From: Tubiluchus corallicola
Lineage: Eukaryota; Animalia; Priapulida
Assembly: GCA_030141605.1 (NCBI GenBank)
Contig: JAQGDQ010000937.1
Coordinates: 15,052 to 79,051 of the forward strand
Length of the DNA stretch: 64,000 nucleotides
Direction of reading: 5' to 3'
Below, piece by piece: positions 14,291 through 27,202 of this stretch. Each line of letters begins with the position of its first letter. The first letter of the stretch is position 1. The notes beneath the pieces are model-generated. The model saw nothing but the letters and a program-made list of their open reading frames with translations. It was not told the DNA's origin and ran no database searches. The position numbers were made by a program, and so were the translations under genes.

Positions 14291-15765
14291 TACTGCACGA
14301 TAAAAACTCTCCACCACAGTAGGGGAAATGTAAATTTTTTTTAAAAGCATCGGTTAGATAATTTTCCATGTGAATTTTTACAATTCAGTTACATAAACAA
14401 GACTTTTTGTGTTCCCACACTATAATCGTTCAACTTTTACTCACTAGGTATAAATACTGTTATTATTTTCAATTACTGCGCAAATCCTTCCTTTTCCTGC
14501 ATTTAATCGATCCTGCACAAAGCCGGTGATTTTATATCACAATGAATCTGATCTTTCACAAAACCTCAATTAGATCATTAGCTCTAAGTGGCTTTTAAGA
14601 TTTTCGGTTTAAAAGGAGTTTTAGCTTTAATCCTATATAAGCTTAAGAAGTTTAGGCATCTGAAGAAGTCGAATTTTAAATTGGTATAATTCTGGATAAT
14701 TGAAGGGTCTTTGTGTCTTTTTGAAAGCTCTTCAAGGTTGGTCATTGCTCAGTGCTCATCACCACATGGGCATAATCCAGGAAAAAATTCCTCACATCAA
14801 TTTAAAGTAAAGAATTATAGTTTTCATTTTGCTGTTAATCACTATTATGTTGTCGATATGAATTATTGAAAATTATAGCTGCTCTTCGTGTGATGGGTTT
14901 AAGCGCATCTGAAGATATTTTACAGAATGAGATTAAAACCAAAATTGTTGCAGCAGAGACCTCCATTGATTGCTAGCAGTTTTTGTAGGGGGGGCTTTTG
15001 TAGGTATTTGTAAGTCTGCGAAATGTAACTTATAATATTAATCATGCTTTTATGAATTCCTGTGCTTCGGTCCACTTGAGACGCTTTGTACGCCATGCTC
15101 AGAAAGACAGGCTAATAGCTGTAATTATGATTTCTGTAAGATCCTCCACCCAGACCACTTGTGACACGCTCTGTGAGCTGCACACAAAGCAGCATAGTTA
15201 CTTCAATTATATAATTTTATGAAATCCATCAAACCAGACATGATAAACTACAAAGAATGTCTTTTACTGTAAGCTTACTGAAATCCTTTATCACAGACAA
15301 TTTCAGGTGCCTCGCAACGCACAATAGCAGCTATAATTTTCAATAATTCACTTCAACAACATAATAATGTCTGAAATCAACGATAATTATAATCCCTCAT
15401 TTAAAGATTATGGGAGGAATTTTCCCAGGCTTATATCCCTTAGTGAGTAATGGCCAGCCTTGAAGAGTTTTTCGTATCAAACAAAGAGCGTTTCTGTAAT
15501 TTAGAAAAGAAATGCGTATTAGATTACATCATGTTTTAATAATGATTTTGGGTTTTTTAATCTTTGGCAGGCACACTTATTCAGAATTGTTCTTAGTGGT
15601 TGCCCAGGCTTGACCTGTCCCTCTTGACCAAAGATTAGTGGTCAGTTTTGGCGAAGCTCATGTGCCGATAATTTGTTTATATTGCTGGTGTCTTTTTAAT
15701 TCATCTAACTGTGAATTTCATGTATAAAAGTCGTGTAACACTCTGAAAATTGTATTAATATTACT

Positions 15766-15848
15766 TGTGTGTGTGTGTGTGTGCGTGCGTGTGTGCACGC
15801 GTGTGTGTGTGTATGTGCGTGTGTGGGTGCGTGCGTGCGTGCGTGCGT
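15766..15848. repeat. (GT)n/(GCGT)n microsatellite
   Basis: Direct. Confidence 0.95.
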
Positions 15849-17588
15849 TAATAGTTTTGTTAGTCTTGCCATCCCGGAAACAACAATATTCAGCTAGCAA
15901 CTCAAAACAGCAAATACACAAACGACGCAAACAATTATTTTACTTAATGAATGGCAGTGTGAACAAATTTCACGTAGCTAATTGCAGGTCATCAAGTTGA
16001 TTATAAAAGTATCCAAAGCAGCGTCTTATCGGCCAAGGCACCGGCAAAGATCAAATCAATAGGCCTTTTAGCTGAATGGGCCATTTAACAATTATATCAG
16101 CAACCTCGTGGAATAATCGGCACCTCTCAAGTCACCCTGGCGTGACCCAGTTAATTATCCAATCACAGCGGTATTACAGGTATGAAAGCAAAATTTGGCC
16201 CAAAAGTTGAACTGCGACATTTCTTTGTTGAACTCATAATAGGTGGAGCCACAAGTTTATAACGTTTACCTAATTCTTTTCGTTTCAACATCATTTGCGA
16301 AAATACGTTTAGTAACAATTTTATTCATGACAATATTATGTCCAAGTTTGAACAAATGTGAAAGCTTCGTCGCTGTACTATTGAGGTCACTTCACCCAGA
16401 ACTCGTTTCTGATTGTTCGGTTAGCTTTCGAGGCCTGGATATTAGACGTATTGGCCTACCTGGCAGAGTGTAGAGTGGCCGTGTTGAAAAATGGTCAGAT
16501 ATAACTATATCATGGTTTCTTTCATACCATGATTGAACGAGAAATGGATGGTTTGTTCATTATTATGTTCTTCTTATTCATTGGTGAACGATGTTCTTCT
16601 TTTGCTGGTGGAACCTCGTCAGTTACACAATTGCTGAGAGACATTTGTTAAATTAGGCATTCATTACATAGCCTAATTACCTTTACGTTGAATGAAGATA
16701 CTGTCACCTTTGACTTCACGTTCGATGGTCTAAATCGCTGCGTGGGAACTCGGAGGAGATGATCTTTCCATTATCCGATCTCAAGAGACCCCATTCTGTG
16801 TCCTGCCAGTGTGATGGAAAGCTGTGGAGATTTCCTGGAAAAGGCTACCCGCTGCCCACGAAGGAGACTGAGAGAGACGCTAACTTAGCTAACTTCCACT
16901 GGAGACCGAATTCTGCTGCATTGCTAACGTGCGTGAGGAAGGACCGGTCCTACCCAAGTACTGGAGAAGACCTCGCCTTGGTAAACTACTATTTTGTTAA
17001 TGTTGTTTGCTGAAGGACTGTTTTTTATAATGTCCTGTACAATGTTCGCTCTGTAAATTGAAATACTAATCCTGACACTTATCTATAAAAGCAAAAATAA
17101 TTTGTAAACGTGTTTTATTGTTACAGGATGTTACAATCTTATTTATGTTAAAATGTACATAATTTAAATGCCAAAAAATTAGAAATATTTATTACTAGTA
17201 ATAATTAAATGAAAATGTCAATTACAGAACAGTGAATAATTTACAAACCACAAATTACATGTACATCAAGCGAGCTAGAAAAAAGTGTTAATTTAATGTA
17301 AATGCTAAAAACACATAATACAGATGCCAAAGAATATTTACTTATAATGCAGTAAAATGAAAATCTCAATCACGAAGCAACGAGGAACTTACAAAGCACA
17401 AATCACGTGCACGTCTAGAAAACGTAACTTCTTTACGAAAAAAGAGCTAAGTCACCAAGGGAAATTTTACAAAGCACATGCAATGTGATGCTTATCATCC
17501 CAAACATTTCAAGTAAATCATTTAATAACAGAAAACATTTCCTTGTTTTACTGAGGGCTTACTATTGATTTATGTAAAGTTCGTGAAC

Positions 17589-18091
17589 AAACATTGTCTG
17601 GAAAGCAGAAACATTGTCTGGAAAACAGAAACATTGTCTGGAAAGCAGAAACATTGTCTGGAAAGCAGAAACATTGTCTGGAAAACAGAAACATTGTCTG
17701 GAAAGCAGAAACATTGTCTGGAAAGCAGAAACATTGTCTGGAAAGCAGAAACATTGTCTGGAAAGCAGAAACATTGTCTGGAAAACAGAAACATTGTCTG
17801 GAAAGCAGAAACATTGTCTGGAAAACAGAAACATTGTCTGGAAAGCAGAAACATTGTCTGGAAAGCAGAAACATTGTCTGGAAAGCAGAAACATTGTCTG
17901 GAAAACAGAAACATTGTCTGGAAAGCAGAAACATTGTCTGGAAAGCAGAAACATTGTCTGGAAAGCAGAAACATTGTCTGGAAAGCAGAAACATTGTCTG
18001 GAAAGCAGAAACATTGTCTGGAAAGCAGAAACATTGTCTGGAAAGCAGAAACATTGTCTGGAAAGCAGAAACATTGTCTGGAAAACAGAAA
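17589..18091. repeat. 20-bp minisatellite, ~25 near-identical copies
   Basis: Unit aacattgtctggaaa(g/a)caga. Confidence 0.97.
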
Positions 18092-18249
18092 TAAATTCGA
18101 CGATGCAGAGACGTGACAATTTGAAATTACTTTACCTGAAATTATGCCCGAATTACCAAATTATATATATATACATAAAATCTTGATTGCACAAGTTATA
18201 CACATTTACAATGTGTATGATAAAATACATGAAAATATTACATGTATAA

Positions 18250-19050
18250 ACAGTCGAAGACTGTTGTAGGCAATAAACAAAAAAAGACAAAACAAACAAA
18301 AGTTAATTTTTTTTAAAAAGTGAATAAAAGAGATAAAATTTACATAGATGTAAAATTGAATTACAAAATATGACTTCACAAATTCAACGCAAAAATTAAT
18401 TTCGATTATTTTATGGAATTTACATTATACTGCTTGTAATATATAGACACAATCAGTGTTTGTAGCTATTTTATCATTTTTGTAAGGGGGGCCTCTCATC
18501 TTTTTTGAGTAGTGTACTCTTTAGTTTTTCTTTGAGATCTTTTAAACTCGTTGAAGATTTTATTTCTTTAGATGCTGATTTTCTGATATTAATTGTGTTT
18601 TTAGATTTTGAGTTATGACCTTGTTTAGTGTTTGTTCCGATTCCGACTTTTTTACGATGTGATTAACTTGATTGTCCCATTTTGATTTATTATTAATTTC
18701 CATACCTAAGAAATTGGTTTCTTTGGATTGACAAATTGTTTAATTAAGAACGTCAAGTGTTAAACTATCAGTTTTTACGTGGCTTCATTTGAACTTTTTT
18801 TCAGAGTTCATTTGTAAGTGATGAAAGTCCAGAATAGATTTGATTTCTTCTATGTTTTGTTTTAACGTTTATACAGGTATATTTGGGTCTGTGTTATTTG
18901 CAGACAGATTGCTATCATCTGCGTATTGCGTCACGTTGCAGTTCTTCTAGAATGTTTGGAATATTGTTTACATAAACAGTGGACCAAGAACTGTGCCTTG
19001 CAGTACCCTATTTTTGATCGTACCCCATTCTGAATATATGTTGCATACGT
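18250..19050 (-). mobile_element. 5'-truncated decayed LINE (CR1/L2-group) reverse transcriptase
   Basis: Minus-strand motifs GVLQGTVLGP (~18980-19007), NCNVTQYADDSNL (~18905-18943), FLGMEINNKSKWDNQV (~18665-18712), with frameshifts. Confidence 0.8.
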
Positions 19051-19335
19051 CTTTTATAAGATTAATAAAGGCTACTAACATCATTTCACTTCATTTCATG
19101 TATATCTCATACATACCGCAATTACTACTTAAAGCATTAATAAATTCTACTCTCTTTTCTGCATCAGCTAGTTGACATTCAAATAACAAGTGCAGAAGCG
19201 TCTGAAATGCATCACTACATGAGTAACTTGGACCAACTTGATTAAAAAAATTATTAAATTACCAATTAGAAAAGTACTAGATACTATGCAAAAATAGTTA
19301 AATTACCAAAGAACAAATGCTTCATCAAACTAAAC

Positions 19336-20560
19336 ATATTGGATGCACATATGAATGTTTTTCTCTCTTACACAGGTGGACCATATTGGATGTACATATG
19401 AATGTTTTTCTCTCTTACACAGGTGGACCATATTGGATGTACGTATGTATGTCTTTCTCTCTCACACTGGTGGACCATATTGGATGTACGTATGTATGTC
19501 TTTCTCTCTCACACAGGTGGACCATAATGGATGTACGTATGAATGTTTTTCTCTCTTACACAGGTGGACCATATTGGATGTACGTATGAATGTTTTTCTC
19601 TCTTACACAGGTGGACCATATTGGATGCACGTATGAATGTCTTTCTCTCTTACACAATTGTACCATATTGGATGTACATATGAATGTCTTTCTCTCTTAC
19701 ACAGGTGGACCATATTGGATGTACGTATGAATGTCTTTCACTCTTACACAGGTGAACCATATTGAATGCACGTATGAATGTCTTTCTCTCTTACACAGGT
19801 TTACCATAATGGATGTAAGTATGAATGTTTTTCTCTCTTATACAGGTGAACCATATTGGATGCACCTATGAATCTCTTTCTCTCTTACACAGGTGGACCA
19901 TAATGGATGCACGTATGAATGTCTTTCTCTTTTACACAGGTGGATCATATTGAATGCACCTATGAATGTCTTTCTCTCTTATGCAGGTGGACCATAATGG
20001 ATGCACGTATGAATGTTTTTCTCTCTTACACAGGTGGACCATATTGGATGCACGTATGAATGACTTTCTCTCTTACACAGGTGGACCATAATGGATGTAC
20101 GTATGAATGTTTTTCTCTTACACAGGTGGACCATAATGGATGTACGTATGAATGTTTTTCTCTTACACAGGTGGACCATAATGGATGCACGTATGTATGT
20201 CTTTCTCTCTCACACTGGTGGACCATATTGGATGTACGTATGTATGTCTTTCTCTCTTACACAGGTGGACCATATTGGTTGCACGTATGAATGTTTTTTC
20301 TCTTACACAGGTGGACCATATTGGTTGCACGTATGAATGTTTTTTCTCTTACACAGGTGGACCATATTGGTTGCACATATGAATGTTTTTTCTCTTACAC
20401 AGGTGTGCCATATTGGATGTACGTATGAATGTTTTCTCTCTTACACAGGTGTGCCATATTGGATGTACCTATGAATGTCTTTCTCTCTTACACAGGTGGA
20501 CCATATTGGATGCAACTATGATTGTTTTTTCTCTTACACAGGTGGACCGTATTGGATGTA
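19336..20560. repeat. ~47-bp minisatellite, ~26 copies, overlapping the PAN-galectin stop codon
   Basis: Unit acacaggtggaccatattggatgtacgtatgaatgtttttctctctt. Confidence 0.95.
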
Positions 20561-20669
20561 CTTCTGAAGTACCATATCACCGTGCATTGTTATCGAATTT
20601 ATGTCAGAAATAGGAGTGTAACGGTACTGGTAATCTACAAAGTGGTTTCCATTAACACTGACTGAAAAC
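20534..20669 (-). CDS. Exon 5 (terminal) of PAN-galectin gene
   Basis: FSVSVNGNHFVDYQYRYTPISDINSITMHGDMVLQKYIQYGPPV* matches galectin C-terminal F.V.VNG.H...Y.HR.P...I..L.I.GD; TTTCAG acceptor. Confidence 0.88.
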
Positions 20670-23600
20670 CTGAAACAGACAAAACAATTATCATTAAATC
20701 TACACATTCCTTAATATTTGTAATACATGTAATGCTGCTGCTGTTGACAAAATTGACGTAAGTACTTTGGCTCACAACCTGTGGGGACTGGCGTACTGCA
20801 ACTGTGACTTACACCCACTGTAACACCTCATTAGAAACGTACTTCAGCATAAGTAGAAAACTTTATGCAGCTGATTTTTTTGCTTACTAGTTGCCGTCTA
20901 GCACTCTAAGACATTTGTTCTTAAATGACACATCAGTAAGTTTTCGACGTCTAATGACTAAATCAGGGTATATTTAAAAAACATCGTTCCAAATTGATTA
21001 TAAGCTTTAGATCCGTTATGCGTTAAAAACAATCTAAATAACCCATTTAAGCAGCTGTAAACATTTCCTAAGATAAAGAACAAAACTTCTAATTATTAAC
21101 TCATGTGTTACGTACTTGTCCTCCAGCATGTCGATTTCCATTGAAAATTCTTGTCCTGCTTCAAGTGTAAGGGGTGCTATCTCATCAATACCCCAGCGAC
21201 CGGTCACTCTGCTGTTCAATAATGTGTGGTTCAACTCGAAGTCAGGATTGATTTTTAATACAATTTTGGGAGCAGCTTTGGCAATTCTAAGACGAATGTA
21301 GATTCTAAAAGAATAAAAGCCATTATGTAAAATCTGGTTCAAACAATATGCCGTAGCGAGCAAAATTGGATTCTGTGTGCTTAGAAACCACTTATGAAAC
21401 GCTGAACCTAGTGAGTAGATGGGTTGGTAACCACTGAGCTCAGTAATCGTATGTCACTTGCCACACTGCTTCTAGCTAAATTTCGAATAGATGGAAGATG
21501 TTAATGCGTTGAGAAGGCACTGCACCTACAATGTCTCACTTTAGGGGCTTATCCTTGATAATTATCTGATTCCAGTCCCGCCACAGTTAATTACGGCAAA
21601 TTAGCACAGCCGTTAGTGCTATTAAAACAGACAGTCGATATACTGACTACATGCTTACTCAGGTTGAATGTAGCTTTGCAAGCAATGCTTATAGACTTAC
21701 TAAACTCAAGTGTTCTTTGCATACGTCTTCACATGCAGGGAATTTTTCGGTTTTCGGTATTTATGTGGAATGGCGTAGTATTAAAAGAAAGGTCAAATTA
21801 CTTACCATGTTTTATTTTAATTTTATTTTTCTGTTATCACTTACAAAATATAACAAAGAAATTTACATAAAGAAACTGTCTATAAATTTAATAAGTAAAT
21901 TTATTAACGCCACTGCGTAGAATTTTTCAGTTGCGGTGGTTGCTGCCATTCACTTAAAAATTGTGACATAACAAGTGAACTTTGTGACTTTTCGTAAGCG
22001 CATCGTGGCTTTTGTAAGAGCATCGTGACTTTTCGTAAGCGCACCGTGGCTTTCCATAAGAGCATCGTAGCTTTCGTGAGAGCATCGTGGCTTTCCGTAA
22101 GAGCATCGTGACTTTTTGTAAGTGCATCGTGACTTTTCGTAAGTGCATCGTAGCTTTCGTAAGTGCATCGTGACTTTTTGTAAGTGCATCGTAGCTTTCC
22201 GTAAGAGCATCGTGACGTTTTGTAAGTGCATCGTGACTTTTCGTAAGTGCATCGTAGCTTTCCGTAAGAGCATCGTAGCTTTCCGTAAGAGCATCGTGAC
22301 TTTTTGTAAGTGCATCGTGACTTTTCGTATGTGCACCGTAGCTTTCCGTAAGAGCATCGTGGCTTTCCGTAAGAGCATCGTGGCTTTTGTAAGAGCATCG
22401 TGACTTTTCGTAAGAGCATCGTGACTTTTTGTAAGTGCATCGTGACTTTTCGTAAGTGCATCGTAGCTTTCCGTAAGAGCATCGTGGCTTTCCATAAGTG
22501 CACCGTGGCTTTCGTAAGAGCATCGTGGCTTTCCGTAAGCGCACCGTGGCTTTCCGTAAGAGCATCGTGGCTTTCCGTAAGCACATCGTGACTTTTCGTA
22601 AGTGCATCATAGCTTTTGTAAGAGCATACTTCCAATACTAAAGTGTCTCGGTACTGAACGAAAGGCATTTCTTTGTTTATTTTTCAGAGAAAGATTTCAC
22701 ACTACCAAATAATGTGTGCCAATTAACAAAGCATAACCTGCCCGCAAGTAATACCAAAAATGTGTCGCATCATTGTGCTTCTTTCCTACAAGTTTTATTA
22801 AAAGAAACGACACACCAGTTAACATGTTGTGTTTATATTGCTGTTATTACTTAAACTTAGAAAAATATAACAAAGAAACTTGAACGAAAACTGCTATAAA
22901 GCATAAAGTTCATTTGTACGACTAACGCTGAACAGAAATTCATTCAAATGAATGACAGCTGTCTGCTGTGATAGCCGCCATTCACATGAAAATTATGATG
23001 TAACAGGTGAACTTCGTGACTTTCCATAAGCGCATCGTGGCTTTCCGTAAGCGCATCGTGACTTTCCGTAAGCGCATCGTGACTTTCCATAAGCGCATCG
23101 TGACTTTCTGTAAGCGCATCGTGACTTTCTGTAAGTGCGTCGTGGTTTTCTGTAAGCGCATCGTGACTTTCTGTAAGCGCTTCGTGGTTTTCTGTAAGGC
23201 ATCGTGACTTTCCGTAAGTCCATCGTGATTTTCTGTAAGCACATCGTGACTTTCTGTAAGCGCGTCGTGGTTTTCTGTAAGCGCATCGTGACTTTCTGTA
23301 AGCGCATCATGACTTTCCGTAAGCGCATCTTGACTTTCTGTAAGCACATGCTAGCTAAACTAATTCAGACTTCTGCAGCTTACCTAATGTTCGTGCAGAA
23401 ACGTCACAAATTTAGCTATCTAATTTCTTGTAAAAACTTATTTTACTTTTTACGGAAATTTACATTCCCCTGCTCTTCTTCAGTCCACGGGTGACGTCAT
23501 TAGTGAATGACGTCATTAGCGAAAAAATAGTCATTCAAAATCCAAGCGCCTAAGCGTAAAATGTCACAATTTTAAAGTGTTTTTTACTAATCACACGGGA

Positions 23601-25011
23601 TTCTTCTCACACTGTTATTCCTAAATCATTCTAACATTTTCCCCGAACATTGTAATAAGCCTATACCGGAAGGCTATGCCTTTCCCTTTTCCACTCAAAA
23701 GAAATACTGTTCATATGTCCAAAGCCCTGTTTCTTGTAGCTGAATATCTACCAATTTTCATTAGGCAAAGGATTTCGAACCTAGCTAGATTAACTTATAG
23801 ATTAGTAGAAACAACAGTTATTAAAACATGTGTAGTTCACGTGTATAAGTTATATTTTACAACAATATAGTGTGGAAATATAATCATGTGATATTATGTA
23901 GACCTCAAACTAAAACACAAATAATTAACAATCATTATAACTGGTCAGTCGTTGAGGTGATTTTGTGGTAAATACAGATGCCTACCCGCCTTGTGGATTG
24001 TCAAGCACTCTGCCTTCTATGTAAAACGTTGCGTTCACTTTAGCGCCACCATAGATTGTTTGCTTGTACGGCATACTAGTCGAACCCAGAAGTGGAATTA
24101 GATACATAGGCCTCTACAAGTATAACAAATATTATTAAACTGTTTTCCTTATGGTCAATCGTAGGATTATCGACTTGACTAGAAAGAAGTTAGTCTCAGT
24201 AAAATTTATTACTCTTGGCGTGGGAACAATATGTTTGTCTTGAAAATAGGTGAATACGTTGTTAATAAGTTTTAAATAGAAAAAGCAAAATTTGAATATT
24301 TTAACATGATTTAAAAAAAGAGCTCAAATTTCTGAAGAAACAAAAAATGCACTTTGTCTTTTAAGTTTTGTTGTTTCTTACATTAGAAAAATGTGTTCAA
24401 TATATTTTGCTGATAATTTAATTACTTTTTCATTCAGAACTTGAATTGATAAACAGCTTTATTGACAACACAACCACATCAATACAATAAAAGCGTACAA
24501 TCATTATAATATAATTATAACTTTTGCATTTTTTGGGCATGACGAATATCAAGCATGAAATGGATTTGGACGGTGACTGCTAAGATGTGTTTAATTTATG
24601 GATACATTTAAGCTAGTGTTACTTGTATTTAAGGCTCTTCATGACGAGGCACACGATTACATTTGTGACTTGATTCGTCTAACAAATTTAAACTGATATC
24701 GTATCAGATCAACTGATGACTTTTTGCTTACGGTTCCTAGAGTGCGCCATTGCAGGAGCAGCCTATGGAACAGTTTATCTATCCACACCGGACACTTTCG
24801 GTCATTAACGCTCTTAAAATACAGGTCAATGCATACGTATTTAAAATAGCATACAATTTTTGAAGTGATCAAATTATTTGCCGATGCTTGTACATTATGA
24901 ATCTGTTTGTTTTTATGTATTTACTTATTGTAATTTATTGTAATTTCATGAAATTTAGTTGGCTTACTGTTTAATCTAGTAAACCTTTTTTTAATTAATA
25001 GTAACAACAAC

Positions 25012-25061
<50 letters not shown>

Positions 25062-25151
25062 CAACAACAACAACAATAATAATAATAATAATAATAATAA
25101 TATTGTTGTTGTTGTTGTTGTTGTTGCTGTTGCTGTTGCTGTTGCTGTTGT

Positions 25152-25186
<35 letters not shown>

Positions 25187-25205
25187 TTGTTGTTGTTCTT
25201 ATTAT

Positions 25206-25252
<47 letters not shown>

Positions 25253-27115
25253 TTGTTGTTGTTGTTGTTGTCATTACAGCAATATTACACACAAACACTG
25301 GTGTAAGGTTCAAGTACTTACGTTAGCTTTCAGCTTCTCGTCATACACATACACCATACTGTCGGTTAGATCAAAAGGTTTTGCTACAAAATACAAAAAC
25401 GAGCAAATTGAGCTTCAGCATTAATTTATTGCATTATTGTTACTTCTTCACTCCGTAATAATTTAATGTTCAGATCTGTGCTTGCATTTTAGTTACATTA
25501 TCAACTAAACTTCTTTATCAACCACCTGGGTCATCAAACTCAAAGCAAAAATTGATGTTTGAGACAATAATAGTAACTTTTAAAAGTAAAGGAAACTCGG
25601 GCCCAGTCTTAAACTATGGCTCGAAACAGTCTACTATTACTAAATATTGAAAGGGGAACATACTATCTTTACACTATCTTTACAAGAATGACTTACGACA
25701 GATGCATAATTTTGCATCCGCCCGGCTAGTCTTTCGCCATTTGCTAGTTAGAGGGCTCTAGCGTCTAACTCTCGAAAACGCGTTGTGTCTCTGAGTTTAG
25801 AATTGTAGAATGTTCAGTTGTGACGTTCAGTAGTGCACACGTTCGACTGCTCATGCAGTACAGCAGTAAATAAGAAATGGAAATTTCAAACTTACAATGT
25901 TCTGAAGTTTTGTATATCACACTGAATGTTGTGCTGTAGGACTGTACTTCAATTTTGACTTTCACAAATACATGCAACAGGCTCATAGAATGTTTGTGCT
26001 GTTGAAAATTACATTCATTTGTGACGTCATAGCTAGTTGGGCTCGCTCGCCATTAATTAAGGTTCTTACCCATTATTTAATTATCACAAACGCTTTGGCA
26101 TCATCATAGGTGTTACCTGCGTGCTTTTTACTGCTCTTCAAAATGGGGTAGGACATGAAAAATCGTTGGCTTTCCCTTTAAAGCACCTTTATCAATGCGA
26201 TAAATAAGTTCTAATCAGAAGACACCTTTTGCCATGCTCTACCTTTAACACCACTAACAGTCATAGTGCCACCACACAGATTGTTAATCAGCTTTCAATG
26301 CTGTTCAAACTGTCTGATGCGGTCTTCTCAAATACCGATCCAAGCTGCTACCAATCGACGAACAGACTAACTAAATGACCAACTAGACCAGCATTTCAAC
26401 CATACAATCACTCAATATTACATTACATTACGTTACGTTACATTACATTACGCTACATTGCATTACATTACGTTATATTACGTTACGTTACATTACATTA
26501 CATTACATTACATTACGTTACATTGCATTACGTTACATTACATTACATTACGTTACATTGCATTACGTTACATTACGTTACATTACATTACATTACATTA
26601 CATTACATTACATTACATTACGTTACATTGCATTACGTTACATTACGTTACATTACATTACATTACATTACATTACATTACATTACGTTACATTGCATTA
26701 CGTAACATTACGTTACATTACATTACATACATTACATTATATTCTAGTGTAATGCTCCGTTGCAGAGTAATGATGAACAAAAATGGATGAACCCACCTGT
26801 TAAATCTGCAATGAAAAAATCAAAATCAGGCATTAAAGTTTTAGCTGAACCAGTTGCCTTAGGACCGCATAAGTCACATAAGAAACTGTCATCACTTGGG
26901 CCTACACTGAGACCAATACATTCTGGCCGTGTTACACACGAGCGTATACAACCCATCATCGATCTAACATTCATCGTCTCAAGTATAAACCCTGTCACAT
27001 TTTTATCTATTAGCACTTTTTTTAAACTAGTTATGTCAACAACGGCAACGGCTAAACTTAACAAGACACACCCTACAGTGAGAAAAAACCTGCTTTCAAA
27101 TCTTGACCAAGCCAT
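20534..27115 (-). CDS. Secreted PAN/Apple-domain + galectin-like protein, 5 exons: complement(join(20534..20669,21116..21304,23986..24113,25322..25383,26797..27115)), 277 aa
   Basis: All four introns are GT..AG and phases (1,0,2,2) join into one 834-nt frame. N-terminus MAWSRFESRFFLTVGCVLLSLAVA is signal-peptide-like; CIRSCVTRPECIGLSV...CDLC fits the PAN/Apple Cys pattern; PYKQTIYGG...IEGRV...KINPDF...LNS...RWGIDE...GQEFSMEI...FSVSVNGNHFVDYQYR...GDM follows the galectin CRD pattern. Confidence 0.88.
21116..21304 (-). CDS. Exon 4 of PAN-galectin gene (CRD core)
   Basis: IYIRLRIAKAAPKIVLKINPDFELNHTLLNSRVTGRWGIDEIAPLTLEAGQEFSMEIDMLEDK aligns to galectin consensus IALHFNPRF..RNS..WG.EE..F..GQ.F.L.I; TTTTAG acceptor, GTACGT donor. 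Confidence 0.88.
21982..22626. repeat. 20-21-bp minisatellite, array A
   Basis: Unit gcatcgtg(a/g)ctttccgtaag(a/t). Confidence 0.95.
23014..23346. repeat. 21-bp minisatellite, array B (same family as A)
   Basis: Unit gcatcgtgactttctgtaagc. Confidence 0.95.
23986..24113 (-). CDS. Exon 3 of PAN-galectin gene (start of galectin domain)
   Basis: RPMYLIPLLGSTSMPYKQTIYGGAKVNATFYIEGRVLDNPQG matches galectin strand 1-2 pattern PY...I.GG......I.G.V; TTGTAG acceptor, GTAGGC donor. Confidence 0.85.
24560..24900 (+). mobile_element. LINE (L2/CR1-group) 3' remnant in intron 2 of PAN-galectin gene
   Basis: LVFKALHDEAHDYICDLI...RS..FLLTVPR...LWNSL is typical of the L2 ORF2 C-terminus. Confidence 0.6.
25003..25271. 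repeat. Compound (AAT/AAC)n + (GTT/GCTGTT)n microsatellite
   Basis: Direct. Confidence 0.95.
25322..25383 (-). CDS. Exon 2 of PAN-galectin gene (linker, AKPFDLTDSMVYVYDEKLKAN)
   Basis: Acceptor TTTTGTAG, donor GTAAGT; 62 nt bridges phase 1 to phase 0 exactly. Confidence 0.75.
25590..26177. mobile_element. Kolobok-like MITE family 2 copy in intron 1 of PAN-galectin gene
   Basis: GTAA|AGGAAACT...TTTCCCT|TTAA; shared internal sequence with 44659-45163. Confidence 0.55.
26417..26740. repeat. (TTACA/TTACG)n pentanucleotide microsatellite
   Basis: Direct. Confidence 0.95.
26797..27115 (-). CDS. Exon 1 of PAN-galectin gene (signal peptide + PAN/Apple-like domain)
   Basis: ATG at 27115 within ORF 26744..27148; hydrophobic leader; CxxxCxxxxxCxG...C pattern; donor G|GTGGGT. 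Confidence 0.85.
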
Positions 27116-27202
27116 TGCTTGTATTGTTGTGACACTATGATATTGCAAATGTCTGATGCTGTAATTCGATCTTCTGATAAATATTTAACACTTGCTTATC
27201 AA

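Noticed and set aside
17548-18186. Six long ORFs in all frames
   Set aside because: Translation of a stop-free 20-bp minisatellite; no splice context or domain
21904-23494. SHDALTE-repeat ORFs on the galectin strand
   Set aside because: Intronic minisatellite with 20/21-bp frameshifting units; flanking exons already join in phase without it
26760-27140. 126-aa plus-strand ORF
   Set aside because: Antisense shadow of PAN-galectin exon 1
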